A stretch of 64,000 nucleotides of DNA from Camelus dromedarius (Eukaryota). Under the pieces are notes generated by a model. The model saw nothing but the letters and a program-made list of their open reading frames with translations. It was not told where the DNA came from and searched no databases. Positions 1-12,400 of the stretch are shown piece by piece. The first letter of the stretch is position 1, and each line of letters starts with the position of its first letter. The position numbers were made by a program, and so were the translations under genes. The stretch is taken from positions 29,512,001-29,576,000 of the forward strand of contig NC_087459.1 of NCBI RefSeq assembly GCF_036321535.1, read 5' to 3'.

Positions 1-389
1 CCACTGGCCCCCTGGTGTTGAATGAGGCCCTGAAGGGAAGGGCCATCTTCCATACAGAGCTGCTGAGCACGGCTCTTCCGCACCAACTCCCTCCCCAGAG
101 AGTGGTGTGCAGGGAGCCCCAGATAGGCCTCGATGCCTACACAAACATGATGCCAACTTGAGGGACCAAACTGGAGCACATGTCCTTTAAAAAAAAGGTC
201 ACAGCAAAATGACAGGGAAACTGACAGACATAGCCCCACAGAATAAAACCCAGCGCGCCCGCCCGCCAGCTCCAGCCAGAGCTGCCCCGGCACTGGCACT
301 GAGCAGTTAAATGTACACTCCCAAGGACAGCCCGGAGTGGTCCCCAACAACAGGCCGCTCGGGCTGCTCTGGGCTGGCTCCAGCTGCTG

Positions 390-458
390 TCACTGTCCAC
401 TGAGAAAGGCCAAGTGCCCTTTGGTGCATCTGTTGGCGTAGTGTCCTTTTTCACCACA
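390..458 (-). CDS. CPSF4: CPSF4 last coding exon (exon 8)
   Basis: ag|TGT GGT GAA...CAG TGA = [22 protein letters not shown]; T-rich acceptor tract upstream. Confidence 0.96.
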   Translation of the reverse strand, partial: CGEKGHYANRCTKGHLAFLSGQ

Positions 459-3400
459 CTGGGAATAGCAAGAAGGGAAGGAGGAGACAAAAAAAAAAAA
501 GTTTCAAATGCAATTTTCAACTAAGGTGGCACCCACCAAATACCAGGTTGGGGACAGGGACTCTGGAATTCCCAGTGGCAGATTTTCATTCAAACATGAG
601 GGAAAAGGAGCTTTAGAAGGTACAGCGGTGCAGACACTGCAGCCAGCAGCTCAGCAGATGGAGGAGACCGTGCGGCAGAAAGCACACGGCAGGGTGGGTG
701 CTGCTCTGGGCAGGGGCGGGCCCACGCCAGACACGGAAGGGCTCTTGTGGGGGGCAGGACGAGAGGGCCGTGGCACCAGAGCGCCCCGCTGCACGCTGGC
801 CAGTCACTTACCTCTGAGGCACCCATCTGCGACTCCCTGGAGACGGGAGGCAACAAGGCGAGAGAAGCCACCAGGCTCCTCCCCCCACTGAGGGATTCAC
901 TGCGTGGACAGGAGGGCTGCACCCAGTTTTCCCTCCTGGCTCCTGCGTACTGGCCTAAGCTACCCCTGGGGATAGGTTTTGGTCACAGGACCAGAGAGAC
1001 GGGACATTGATGAGACTTGGTGAGCAGACCCGGTGGAATCAGCTCTCAGAACTCTAGCACTGACCCCAACTTGTCCCGGCTGGTTTTCCAGGCCCTTCCT
1101 TAGCTTCTCCCCATTTGTTCTTGTTACTCCTCAAAGAGCAGAAGGGAATTACAAGGAAGGAGAGGGCAGCCTTGAGCACTGGACAAGGGGAGGGAGACAG
1201 GTGGTGGGGGCAGCCACGCTGCGCCCTCCCAGTCCCTGCTTCCTCGGCCTGGGACTTGGGGCTCTACTTGGTCACCGCCCGGAACTCCTGCCTCCTCTGT
1301 TCCCCAACCCCACAGTCCCTGTGTTGTCCAGTCTGTCTGATCTACAGGTGTGACTCGTGGACGAGTGGCCAGGGGAGCTGCTTTGGCAGGTGTGATAACC
1401 AGGGGGAGGGACTTGGTGACCCTGCATACGGCACTTGGCTTGTCCATTGGCCTCCACAGCTGATCCTGGGGAATCCAGGATTCCCACAAAGTGTCCTTAA
1501 TATTAATTGTGATGTCCCCGTGGTAGGAAGAGGCTGTTAGATTCGTCCCCCCAGCCCCACCCCCACCCGTCTGAGGTTCCAGGACTCCGGAGAGCTTGCT
1601 TGACAGAGGCCCTGCTGGAGTCCCGGGTGGGGAGGGCAAGAAGACAGCTCAGCTGACTCAGGACACCCGAGTTTTCTCACTGTTCTTGAGAACTGCCTGG
1701 TGGGAAGCCATCTGCCTGCCTGCCACCTCCCTTCACCTTCGTTCACGGCCCCCTTTCTAACTCTCCTCACCTGTTAGGGCTCAGGCTCAGAAACCTCTGA
1801 GGCCCTCCGTAAGTGCATGTGCACTTTTACCTTCGGCGTCTGGGCACCTGCCTTCCCCTCCCTCGGAACCAGACCCCTCCCGGCAAGGAGCACAGCAGTC
1901 GGGTTTCTCAGCCGAGCAGGTGCTCACTTGGAGGGTCTGATGGCCGACAGGTGGCCAGTGGCTCAGCCTTTCTTAAAGGCAAGCTCTAGGAACAATATAG
2001 GCATATGCTTTTTTGACTTGGCGTGTCTCCTCGTAGGCATGGCTGCTCCAGACACCAGACGGGAGCTCACAAATGTCAGATTCAGCACTGCTTTTAGCAG
2101 CAAAGACTATAAATAACTGTTTACTAACAGAATTGGTAAAATTATGCGGTCCCTCAAATACATTAGATTTCCATATATTGACATAGATCTAGAACATGTT
2201 ATAAAGAAAAAAGATGATAGAATGTATGTACTCGGGCCCTACATATATTAAAATATGTACTGTCCTTGTGCTTATGTGAATAAAAGCTTAGAAGAGACTT
2301 CTCTGAGCGGGGTCCCCTTCAGGAGTTTTGCAGTGTTAAAGGAGGGTACTGAATACAAAACACACGAGGACCGAAGAGCTGAGGAAAGTGGCTCTTTTAG
2401 GAAAGGTTAGGAATAAGGTACAACACTCACCTGTACCCTAAACAATGCTATGTCATCTAATAAAAGGTTTTTACAAAAGCACATGCTAATTTTGTACTTT
2501 GTCTTGTGATCCCCAAATCTGAACTCTTCGCGAGTCTCGTTCTATCATTACTCACTTGGTGGTACTCGTTACCTTTTCTGTTTCGTGACTTTCAACTGTG
2601 AACTCATTCTTCAGAACTCTAGTTGTGGAAATTCTGTGTGACCTGGGTTGAGACTAAATTTCTCAAAGCCAGGCACCCAGGCTCACCCATCCGGAGCTGT
2701 TTCAGGCTGGAAAACTCTGTAGCTCTTCAGCCCTCACCAAGGGCGTGGACATAGGCCCAAACCCAAGGAAGGGCCTGCCTGTGGCCACAAGCTCTGAAGG
2801 GGCTTTTCTCCCCACTTTCCATCCAGAGCCAAGAATGAAACAGACAAGTTTTCTAGTAGGTTTTTAAAATTTTACCCTTTCCCAGAGCATCCTGTTTTTT
2901 GGGGGGAGGGAGTGGTGGGAGGGGGGTTCTAATCCAGTTCCTCCCCAAGTAGGCCTAAAGCTTTGTCCCTTCCCCTTGGGTGTGTCACGTGGGATCTGAG
3001 AACACCCAGAGGCTTCAGGACTCTCTCTGTTCCTTGGATTCGTGCACCCACTTTGTTCCGGGCCTTAAGACGTTTTCATTCATCAAAGTTAGCTAACTCT
3101 CTGGGGAGTGAGGGAATGGCTGCTGACTGTGAAGACCCCGCCCTGCCCTCCAGCCCCGGGACTCACCTTGTAACAGGTGACCTGCTCCAGCGGCCGGGGT
3201 CNNNNNNNNNNNNNNNNNNNNNNNNNNNNNNNNNNNNNNNNNNNNNNNNNNNNNNNNNNNNNNNNNNNNNNNNNNNNNNNNNNNNNNNNNNNNNNNNNNN
3301 NNNNNNNNNNNNNNNNNNNNNNNNNNNNNNNNNNNNNNNNNNNNNNNNNNNNNNNNNNNNNNNNNNNNNNNNNNNNNNNNNCACGCGGACTACCAATGGG

Positions 3401-6400
3401 GACGGAAAAAAAGAGGGCGGGACTTCTCCCGCATGACCAGCAGGAAGAAGGGCTTCCGCAGTGGCCCTGCTCGGGAGAGCGGGCGGCAGAGAAACATCTG
3501 GCGATGATGGCAGGAGCCACTGCCCGAAAAACACCATGCAGACACACAAAAACGAAAAATAAAAGTTGAAAACAAAACACCAAAGAGACGAGGCGGTCTC
3601 TGGGGTGGCAGGGCGAGGGCATGAGCAGGCCTTACTTTTGTTTGTGAGGTTCTAGCTTCAGGTCAGGATGAACGCTTGGTTCAGCCAGGTGTTTAGCAGC
3701 CTACACGGCGAGCAAGTCACAGAAAAACAGTTGGAGGCTGACAGGCTGACCTGTGGTCTAGGGGCTGAGGGGCCCTCCGCTAGGGAGTCACGTGAGCGAG
3801 GGGGATGGGGCTCCTAGAGTGGGGCCTGGACAGCAAGGCCATCTCCCTACCGAGTGGGTTCCTGCCTCTGGCCCCATAAATGTAGGAGCCCTGAGCTGGA
3901 GCCCCCGTTGTGGTGGCTGTGCCCGCACGCAGCCATGCCCAGCTCTGCCAACAAGGAGTTGTGTCTGATTTACCCCACACCCTCCTGGCGGGGGCGTGGG
4001 GGGTCAGTGCAGTGAGTGCAGCCGCCTGCACGGAGGAGGGCCAGGCAGGGCTTCAGCAACGGGCTGAGTCCAACCAGGTGAGAGGTGCAGACTTAAGATC
4101 GCAGGGCAATTTACTCAGCCTGTTGAGACCCTGCCTAGGACACCCGGCCAGCCTTCCTCTGGGCCCCCAAACCCCCATCCTATAACCAAACCCCAGGTGC
4201 CCTTGGTTTTGGGGGCACTGCGGCAGATCCCCATTTGTCTGTGGCAGTCCCTCTCCCCATGCTTGAGGGGACCAGCCCACCACTAGGTGGTGGCAGCCCC
4301 TCACCTAGGAGACCAGAGCCGGCTGGTCCTTCAGCCCTCTCTTCCCAGCACCCCTCCCTGCAGCCGGGAGCCTCTCCACCGAGCAGTAACGGCCCAGCCA
4401 GAGAACCAGTCAGCCTCAAGTCTGCTCCTGCCCAGCTGGGGCCTCTCACGTGAGTCCCACTCATAGAGGGAAGGGTCTGAACCAGAAGCAAGAGCAGCAG
4501 ACACGTGGCGCCCACGCCGCCCTCCAGTCCGGCTCCCGGGGCTGGCGCTGAGCCGTCTCGGCACTCACCCGCACTCACCCGGCAGGAAGGGAGAAGCCCA
4601 GCGGGCCTCCGGCCCCAGCAGACAGCCCTCCACCTCCAGAGAAAGGTGCAAACTGATCTGCTGCCTGGATTTCCTGCTGGAACCAGGGTGACCCCCCTCC
4701 TCTCCCGCCTCCTCCCTGCCCTCCTCTCCCACAGTCGCCAGGGCTCCAGCCCAGTCTACGGCAAGCCCTGCACTGAGGCAGGCACTGTGTTTGTTGCTGC
4801 AAGGGCGCAGCCAGGGCCAGCGGCACCGCAGGGCCGAGTCACAGTACCTTTGCGGGTGGCTGCGTCTGCTGTGGCAGTGGGGGCTGCTCGGTGGTTCCCA
4901 TCGGCAGTTCAAATCGAGGGCTGGTCACCAGGCAGCAGGAGGGGATAGGAACAAGAGAAGGAGAAGACGAGGTGAGAGAGATGAGAGGCCAGGTGGGATT
5001 CTCAAGTTCTGGCCCCAGGAAAATCACAGCCAGCCTCTAGCCAAGCACAGAGCAACACAAACCACCTGGAGGTGGGCTGGGTGCTGGCGCCCAGCTCCAC
5101 CCCTGCACCCCTGGAGAAAGGAGGGAAACACAGGCGGTACCTTCAGAGCCTCTCCAGAGGCACTTCGTACACAGAAGGCCCTCCCTACACACACCCTCCC
5201 CTCAGGGTCCGACAACAGAATCCCTGGGGGACACACCAACACCCCTCCAGCCCCTGTCCCGCTAGGAGGGATCACCGGGCCACTTGTAGTCCCCTGGGCT
5301 GCCACCTATGGAGTGGGACCAAGCCAGCAGCACCAGCCACTGCCCACCACGTGGCAGCAACACTGCTTCTGCGTAGGTGCCAGCAGTGTGGACGGAGGCA
5401 GCACAGGGAGGTCACTACGGTCCCAGTGCCACCCCACAACCACCCAAAGTGACAGATGTGCACTGAGGCCCAGGAGAGGAACGCTGGGCAAGGAGGTTCT
5501 GGATTTAGAGGCCAAAGACCTGCGTCCTCATGACCCTGGCCAGTGGCTGAGCTCTGAGCCTCAGCGTTCCCATGTATGAAATTGGGACCTTCTTTCACGT
5601 ATGAGAGTTCCATGAACCAGAGTAACCCCAAGTTCCCTTCCTTTAGGGCACAGGTTCTTGACCTGAGGTCCCTAAATGATCAGCAAGGTCGTATGTGCGT
5701 GTTTCTGGATCATGGGGCCCACAGCTTTCATCTGCGTCTAAGATGCCTGTGACCCAACAAAGCTTAAGCACTGGTTTGGGCGCAGCCACCTCTGGGCTCA
5801 GGAAGCAGCGCTGGTCCCTCCCCACGTCCCACCCACCCCTGCCCCAGACCTCTGTGATGACACTACCCAGGAACCAGAGCCCAGGCGGACCCAGGAGAGA
5901 CACAGGGAGCAGCAGGGCCTGGGCAGGGGCTGGCTACTCACTGCATAAATTTACACGAGGGCCCCTCCGGGCAGAAGCCCACGAGGTAATTCACACAGAT
6001 GACTCTCCGCGTGTGCCGGTGCCTGCACAGGGGGCCTGTGGAGCCAAGCGTCAGGGTCAGACTGTCATCCCTTCTTCGGTGGACACCTGCCCTCATGCCC
6101 CTCTGCCAGTCAGAGCCCTGCCCACACAGCTGCCTGGGGTGCGGAGACTAAGAGCAGGGCTTCAAGTGCTGGCTCTGGCTCTTATTCAGAGGAGACAGCA
6201 GGCAGGGCACACTACCTCTCAAATACCACCTTCCTTATCAAAAACACAGGTGAGAATGCAGTCCACGAGGGAGCCCGGGGAGACTCGGGGAGCTGAGGGT
6301 GTGAAAAAGCCTCACGAGCCGCTAAATGCCTAACCCCAGGTTTTGCAGGGACAGGAGGGACAGGCAGAGGGTCATGCGGGCGGGGGAAGAGAGGACTGGC

Positions 6401-9400
6401 CTCCGGCCAGGCGGGCCAGCCACCGCGACACCTACCATGCTTGCAGAAGCCACGGTCGTACCAAGGACAGTCCTTGATCTTGGACTCGGGGTCAATGTGC
6501 AGGAAGGGACACTCCTTGTTGCTGCACTCCCCTGCAGGGGGAAGCAAGACACGCGTCCACCTGGGACAGCTGGGCCCAGACCCATCTCCACTTCTCCCAA
6601 GGCCCCGCTGTGCAGCAAAGAGGGCCAGCTGGTTCTGGTGTCCAGTGCTGGCCTGGCAGCCCCGAGACCCAGGGCAGAGTGTCTCAGAGCCTCAGTTTCC
6701 TGACCTGTACGTGGGCTGTGACGGTCCTTCCCTCACAGGTGTCCATGCTGCCTTGAGGGTCAATGACACAGAGGTGGAAACACACTCAAGTAACTCATGA
6801 CTCCACCCCTTACCCAAAGGAGGTGTCCTGGGCGATGTGGGGCGGGGGGGCCCAGATACACAAGCCAGCAGGAAGGAGACCAGCAGGAAGCCACCGCTCT
6901 CCTCTGGCTCTGCTGATGCTGGGCGCTTCGTGTCTCCTGGCCGGGGCAGGGCAGAGGTCTGAGGAGTCGACCTTCTAGGGCAAAAGTGGGGAAGGTTTGG
7001 GAACTCCAGGCTGGGTCCCTGCAGCAGAACGTGAGAAAGCCTTTATGACAGCTCCTCTCAGGAGCAGCTGGCCCAGCTGCCACCAGCATCTTTCACCCAA
7101 GTACAGGCACTGCCAACCTGGGTGGCTGAGCCACCTCCAGTCCATTTACACATGAAAAGCCAGTCCCATGGCTACTGTTCAGAGCAAACTCCTCGAGAGA
7201 CCTGCAAGTCCATCTGTGGTCTAGCCCAGCCCCCTCTCCAGCCACTGGCCTCCCAGCTACAAATTCCAAGTCCTCTGTCCTCTGCCAGGACCGCCCTATC
7301 TTAGCCTTCAGATCCCAGGCCTCACCTCCTCAGAAAGGCCTTCCCTGACCACTCTGCCTCAAGGAGAGTTCCTCAAGTGACCCCACTGCCGTCTGTCTCC
7401 TTCAGAGCCCTCATCCTGAATACCTCTGCTTTGTCTCACTGCTGTTCTAGCTGCCTCTCTCCCTGGGCCCCTCAAGCAAAAGCGCCTCGGGGCAAGGACG
7501 GTGTCTGTCCTCTTTACCACTGTCCTCCCAGTGCCTCCCTGTGGCCTAGGTGATGGGAGCTGCAAACAGTGCGTCTGCACCAGGACAGGCTCTGCGGGCA
7601 AGTGCGGGCAGTGGATTGTCCCTGAGGCCTGGGGGGCTGCTCCAGGGCCATCAGCAGGGAAGGAGGGAACCCAGGCCAGCCTGCAGAGATGCCCTTGGGA
7701 ATCTGCCCTGGAGGGCTGGCTCCTGCCTTTGGGGACAGATGGGAGCCGGCTCCCAAGGAGAAGCTGCGGCCCTTCCACCACTGGTCCCCCTGCTGCCACG
7801 GGCGGGAGGGAGAGGATGGGGACCTGGGAAGCCTAGTTCCTATTTTCTATCCACCTTTGACTTTTCAACTTATGCTGCCTCGACCAAAAAAGCCACAGCT
7901 ATCATTAATAAGTCAGCAGGCCAAACCTGTTAGGGCTGCTGAAATAATTAGCATCTCCTCTGACAATAGCACTTTGAATGCGAGCTGCGCTCCTCAGCCC
8001 AACACAGTACAGCAGGCTCCCCGCCTCCTGCCGGCCCCACCCGGGACATAGCCCACCATCACCCTGGCTAGCAGGACTTCTTCCTGGGCAACCTCCCCCA
8101 GGGCAGAGAGCCGGGGGATCCTAGCTCCATCAGGGGGCAGCACCTCAGCCCCACAGAGCCCTGGGCCAGCCCACCACCCCGGCCGGCCCCGGCTTCTCCA
8201 CGTGTCCTCTAAGCAGAGATAAAGCCTACATTTCAGTTTTGGGGTGAAGAGGACTCTTTGCCATCAGAAGACAGCCCCCTGCACCTGTTATTCTGGGTTA
8301 TTTAGGATGGATAAATTACTACCCAGGATCATACTCCCAGGGAGAAGGAATCGACTACTCAGGCCTGGGGGGCCACTCGGGAAGCAGCAGCTGATTCAGG
8401 GGAGCACACCCACCGGCGGAATCGAGGCCTCCAGCTGGCTGTGCTGCTCACGCACCTACCCCGAGCCCCGATCAGTCTCCAGTTCCTGAAGCACCTATAA
8501 GTGCTTGGAAAACAGCACTACAGACACGGGGATCACCGAGAGCAGCCCCCACTCCCCGTGACTGAAGGGCCAGCAGAGGAACCGGGGCCACCGCTGAGCC
8601 CTCCGGGCTCTCATTCCCGGTGCATCCTCCCGGGCGCCCGGCCCGGGGTCTGGGGGTCTGGGGGGCGGGGACCCGGCCGGCCATCTCACCAAACTTGGAG
8701 TAGAAGTAGCACTCGGGCATCTTGGTCATGTCGTACTCGTGCAGGAACTCGCACTGGTCCCCCTTCTTGCACAGCCCCCGCAGCCAGTGTTTGCACACAA
8801 CGGTCTTCTCGCCGCTGATGTGGCGGAACGGGCACATGCCCCCTGCCAGGGAGAGAGGTGGCCCTAAGCGGGGGCTCTGGGCCTGGGGGAGCAGAGGCCC
8901 CTTCACCCCACACCTCCCCCAAGCACCTGAAAGCAGCATGTCCCGGCAGGTGGAGGCTGCCCTGGCAGAAGGCAGTGTGATCACAGGCCCTTCATGAGCA
9001 CACGTTTCAAGTTTTGGCAGTTATCGATTTCATTTTAAAGTGTCTTGGAAAAATCTAACTAAAACACCAAATCATGACTTCACAGATAATTCTGTAAGAT
9101 GGAAACTTAACAAGCCCTAAGGGCAGTGGCAGGGGCAGGGGTGGTGTTTTTCTTAATCAAAGAATAGTTCCAGTGATAAAGACATGGCAAAATTTGCAGG
9201 GGCAGTAAAAGAAAGCCTGGTGTTTGGAAGACACAGCCTCAAAAGACGGAAGGTAAACAGGACCACCAGCAGAAGCTTGGACTCCAGGCAGGCTCCATCT
9301 CTAGCTAAAAGCACCCACTCAGACTCCAAGACTGAAGAAAATCAATTTCAGGATTGAAGAAATGCATTGTATACAGACCAGGGGAGGTCCGCCTTCTGCA

Positions 9401-12400
9401 CGAAGACCTGAGCGATCAATCACCCAAACAGGACAGAGCCGTACCCTGGGAAAGTCCTGTTTCTAACTGGTGCCCTGGTGGGACTAGTGGGAAGGCCCGA
9501 CCACAGTGAGATGTGACTAGAAGAGATCTAGACCAGCCCTGCCTGACAGAGCTTGCTGCGGGGGTGGGGACGCTCTGGATCCACGTGGTCCAGCACGGCA
9601 GCCACTAGCCACACGTGGCTGTCAACCAAAACACGACTAATGTGACTAAAGAACTTCCCATTTTATTTCATCTTAATTAAACCCTAACAGCCACATGCCG
9701 CAAGTGGCTATGATATTAGTTAAACAGAGATACTCGTACTGCCCTGTGTTAAGGATGGCTATGCTAACAGAAGGTGGTGAGTCAGGAAGACAGAATTACT
9801 GAGCAAAGACAGGAATGAGACCAGGAGCCCAGCAGGGCAATAAAGTTCCGAACAGAAAGCCTGAGGTCAACCTGGCTGCTCTACCTGGCCGGGTAAAGGA
9901 CTTGGGTTACAGAACCACAACTTGCCCAAATCACCCATCCCCTGGCTCAAATTCTGTGCTCTCTATTCAAGCTTTGGATTAAAATTTAGTTTCCACAGAC
10001 ATGTGGCCACGGGAAGAAAAATACCCAGATCCATCCATGGTACGTGAGGTCCCACCCAGCAATCTGGCTTCTCAATCAGTGAGTCTGGCTCACGCCGCCT
10101 CTGTTGGGACCCGGTTAGTACGAACAAGAACTCCACGAGACACACAATCACGGAGTGTTTTTGATGAGAGGACGCATAGGATGTGAGCTTGTGTAGACTG
10201 TAGACTCAGAAAGGCCTGGGCTGAGACACCAGGCTCAGCCAATCACTAACTCTGTGGCCTTGAGAAAGTTCCTGAACACCTGTTCAGTGCTGGGGGCCTC
10301 TATCCATGTCACAGGTCAGCTCGTGGCCTCCAAGAATGTGAAGGCAAGAAGGCAGACTGACAGCCAGCTTCAGGCCTGTGTTTCAGGTTCTGGGCAGAAC
10401 ACCCCATCACATTCCTAGCCTATCCACAGCCCAGTTTCATCTCGGGACACTTAGTCTGCCGAAGGCAGGACAGGCCAGGGATCCGAGAGCCTGAGAGCCT
10501 GCTGGGGAGTGGGGGGTGAAACGCACCTCACAGGGAATGTCGGGGAGCCAGGACTCTCTTACCTTTGCCACAGGCAGCCTTCAAAAAGAACTCACAGACA
10601 GCAGCCCCCGACTCTGCAGAGAGAAGGAGAGGTGTCAAACGAAGCGGGGTGCGATTGCTACTGGTGACATCTGGACTTTAACCTATGGAGGGTTCAAAGT
10701 ACAGGACAGAAAGTGCAGGGGGAAAAAAGTACAGCCCAACCAAGCAAGCAAAAAGCTCTTATTTCAGTTGTTCCTGTAAATGAGACGTATATGCTGAGAC
10801 CAGTCATCACTCGGGGCTTTCTGAGAGCTTCCTCTAAGCAAGATGCTTTCAAGGAGTTAGGAGTGGGTGGGGGAAGCAAAAAAGGAGCCCAAGATCACAG
10901 AAATTAATTACCCCCGCTCAGACCTTCCAGAGGGCTAGTTCAGAGGCATTTTAACCCGAGGCAGAGGGAGGGAATGATCTCACAGGAAGCACAAACAATT
11001 GAATTGGGAGGGGGACGACTCTGAGGTGCCCTGGGGACGCCAGTCTGGAGGGAAGAGCATAATGAAGACACAGGAGCAGGACTGCTCTCAACCTGCACCA
11101 CCAACACACGGCAATTAAAGGAGCTCGGTCTTCCGTGTCCACAGGTGCAGCTGGTTCAGGTGAGCGGAACAGGAAAGAGAAAGGCTGAGCGCAGGGGCAG
11201 TGAGGTCCAGGGACGTCCACTGAGCCCAAGAATCCAGCTGCCACAGCCACCAGCATAAACCGTCCGCGTCTTCATCAACTGTCTTCTCCATTAGCAGGCA
11301 GTTTAGAGTTGCTCAAACCCACCAGCAGCATCTCTGAAGCCCACTCACATGCCTCTCCTTGCTAACTTGCAAGAGATTTGTTGGCTTCTTGGAAGCAGGC
11401 AGGTTTCGCTAGGGTAGATTTAAGGTTACAGAAGTGGATGTCACAGGGGTGTCACTCGTTTGTATTTCAAAATGTAGCATTTAAGAGTATTTCTGGGCCT
11501 TCATTCTTTTGAGGTGAAGACTGTTTGATTCCTTAAAAGCCAAAGTCCACAGTCCTGGAGTCCTGTGGAGTCTCCACAGTCCTGGAGACTGGGTCTTCAG
11601 CAGACAGGATGAAGGAGTATGACTTCAGGGCAGAACTGACGGTTCTTCTCAATTTCTTCTCCAAATTAAGACAGGAATAAAGTGCAGGGACCCAGGAGGA
11701 AGGTCTGTGCCCTCGCTGAGCTCCAACACACTGAGCGATCGAGGGCAGGCAGTGAGTGCTAAGGGTGCTTACCAAGTCTGATGCCCCGGGCTGGGGTTAT
11801 GTCCTGGACCCCCCTCTAAGAACACGTTTGTGGGCCCCTCAATGGTGTACCTGCCCTCACAGGCTCAAGTATCTGTGGTCCCAGGCTGGAGAGGGGCAGG
11901 AAGGAAAGAGCTGCCCTGCAGGGAAGGTTCCATGGCCTCAAGCTAGTGCCATCAACATAAGAAAAGGCCATGTATGCGAGAGTGGATCTGCACTTAAGCA
12001 GCTGCTTATAAGTCGTGTACAGTGGAGACACTGCTTGTGTGTATATAAAGAAAAGTTGTTAGAATTATGTCTCCTGGGTATAAGCATTATTGCACAAAGA
12101 AGTGTTAGCATGAGAGGGACAAAACAGAGGTCACGTATGCATGAGAACTGTGGCCGCTTGAGGGGAATGAGGCTGCAGGGAGACTCTACCAGCCCAGGGA
12201 CAGGTGGGAGAATACGGGACTGTGGCCCAGGTCCTCTGGCACATATGGGGAGAGGCACAGGGAACTGCAGATAGAAAGGGAAAGAACCCTAGCTTCACCA
12301 CGAACTGAGCAGTCTTCAGCAAGTCCCTTCCCCAACCCGGGCCGATGCTTGAGCTCAATGACCTCTAAGAGCCCACTGAGCTCTCCTGCTATAGCATTAG

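Noticed and set aside
1-389. ATP5MF coding sequence
   Set aside because: Expected by synteny left of CPSF4, but no ATP5MF-like peptide is present; this segment is CPSF4 3'UTR.
3390-3425. CCAAT plus GGGCGG as an internal promoter next to the gap
   Set aside because: More simply explained as CPSF4 intron 6 sequence near the exon 7 acceptor; no CpG island or other support.
4791-5579. 262-aa + strand ORF antisense to CPSF4
   Set aside because: Non-ATG start, composition typical of GC-rich chance ORFs, no recognisable motif.
11541-11590. Short direct repeats (TCCACAGTCCTGGAG x2; also 13990, 46531, 47750) as a CRISPR-like array
   Set aside because: Only two copies each, no unique spacers, no cas genes, eukaryotic context.
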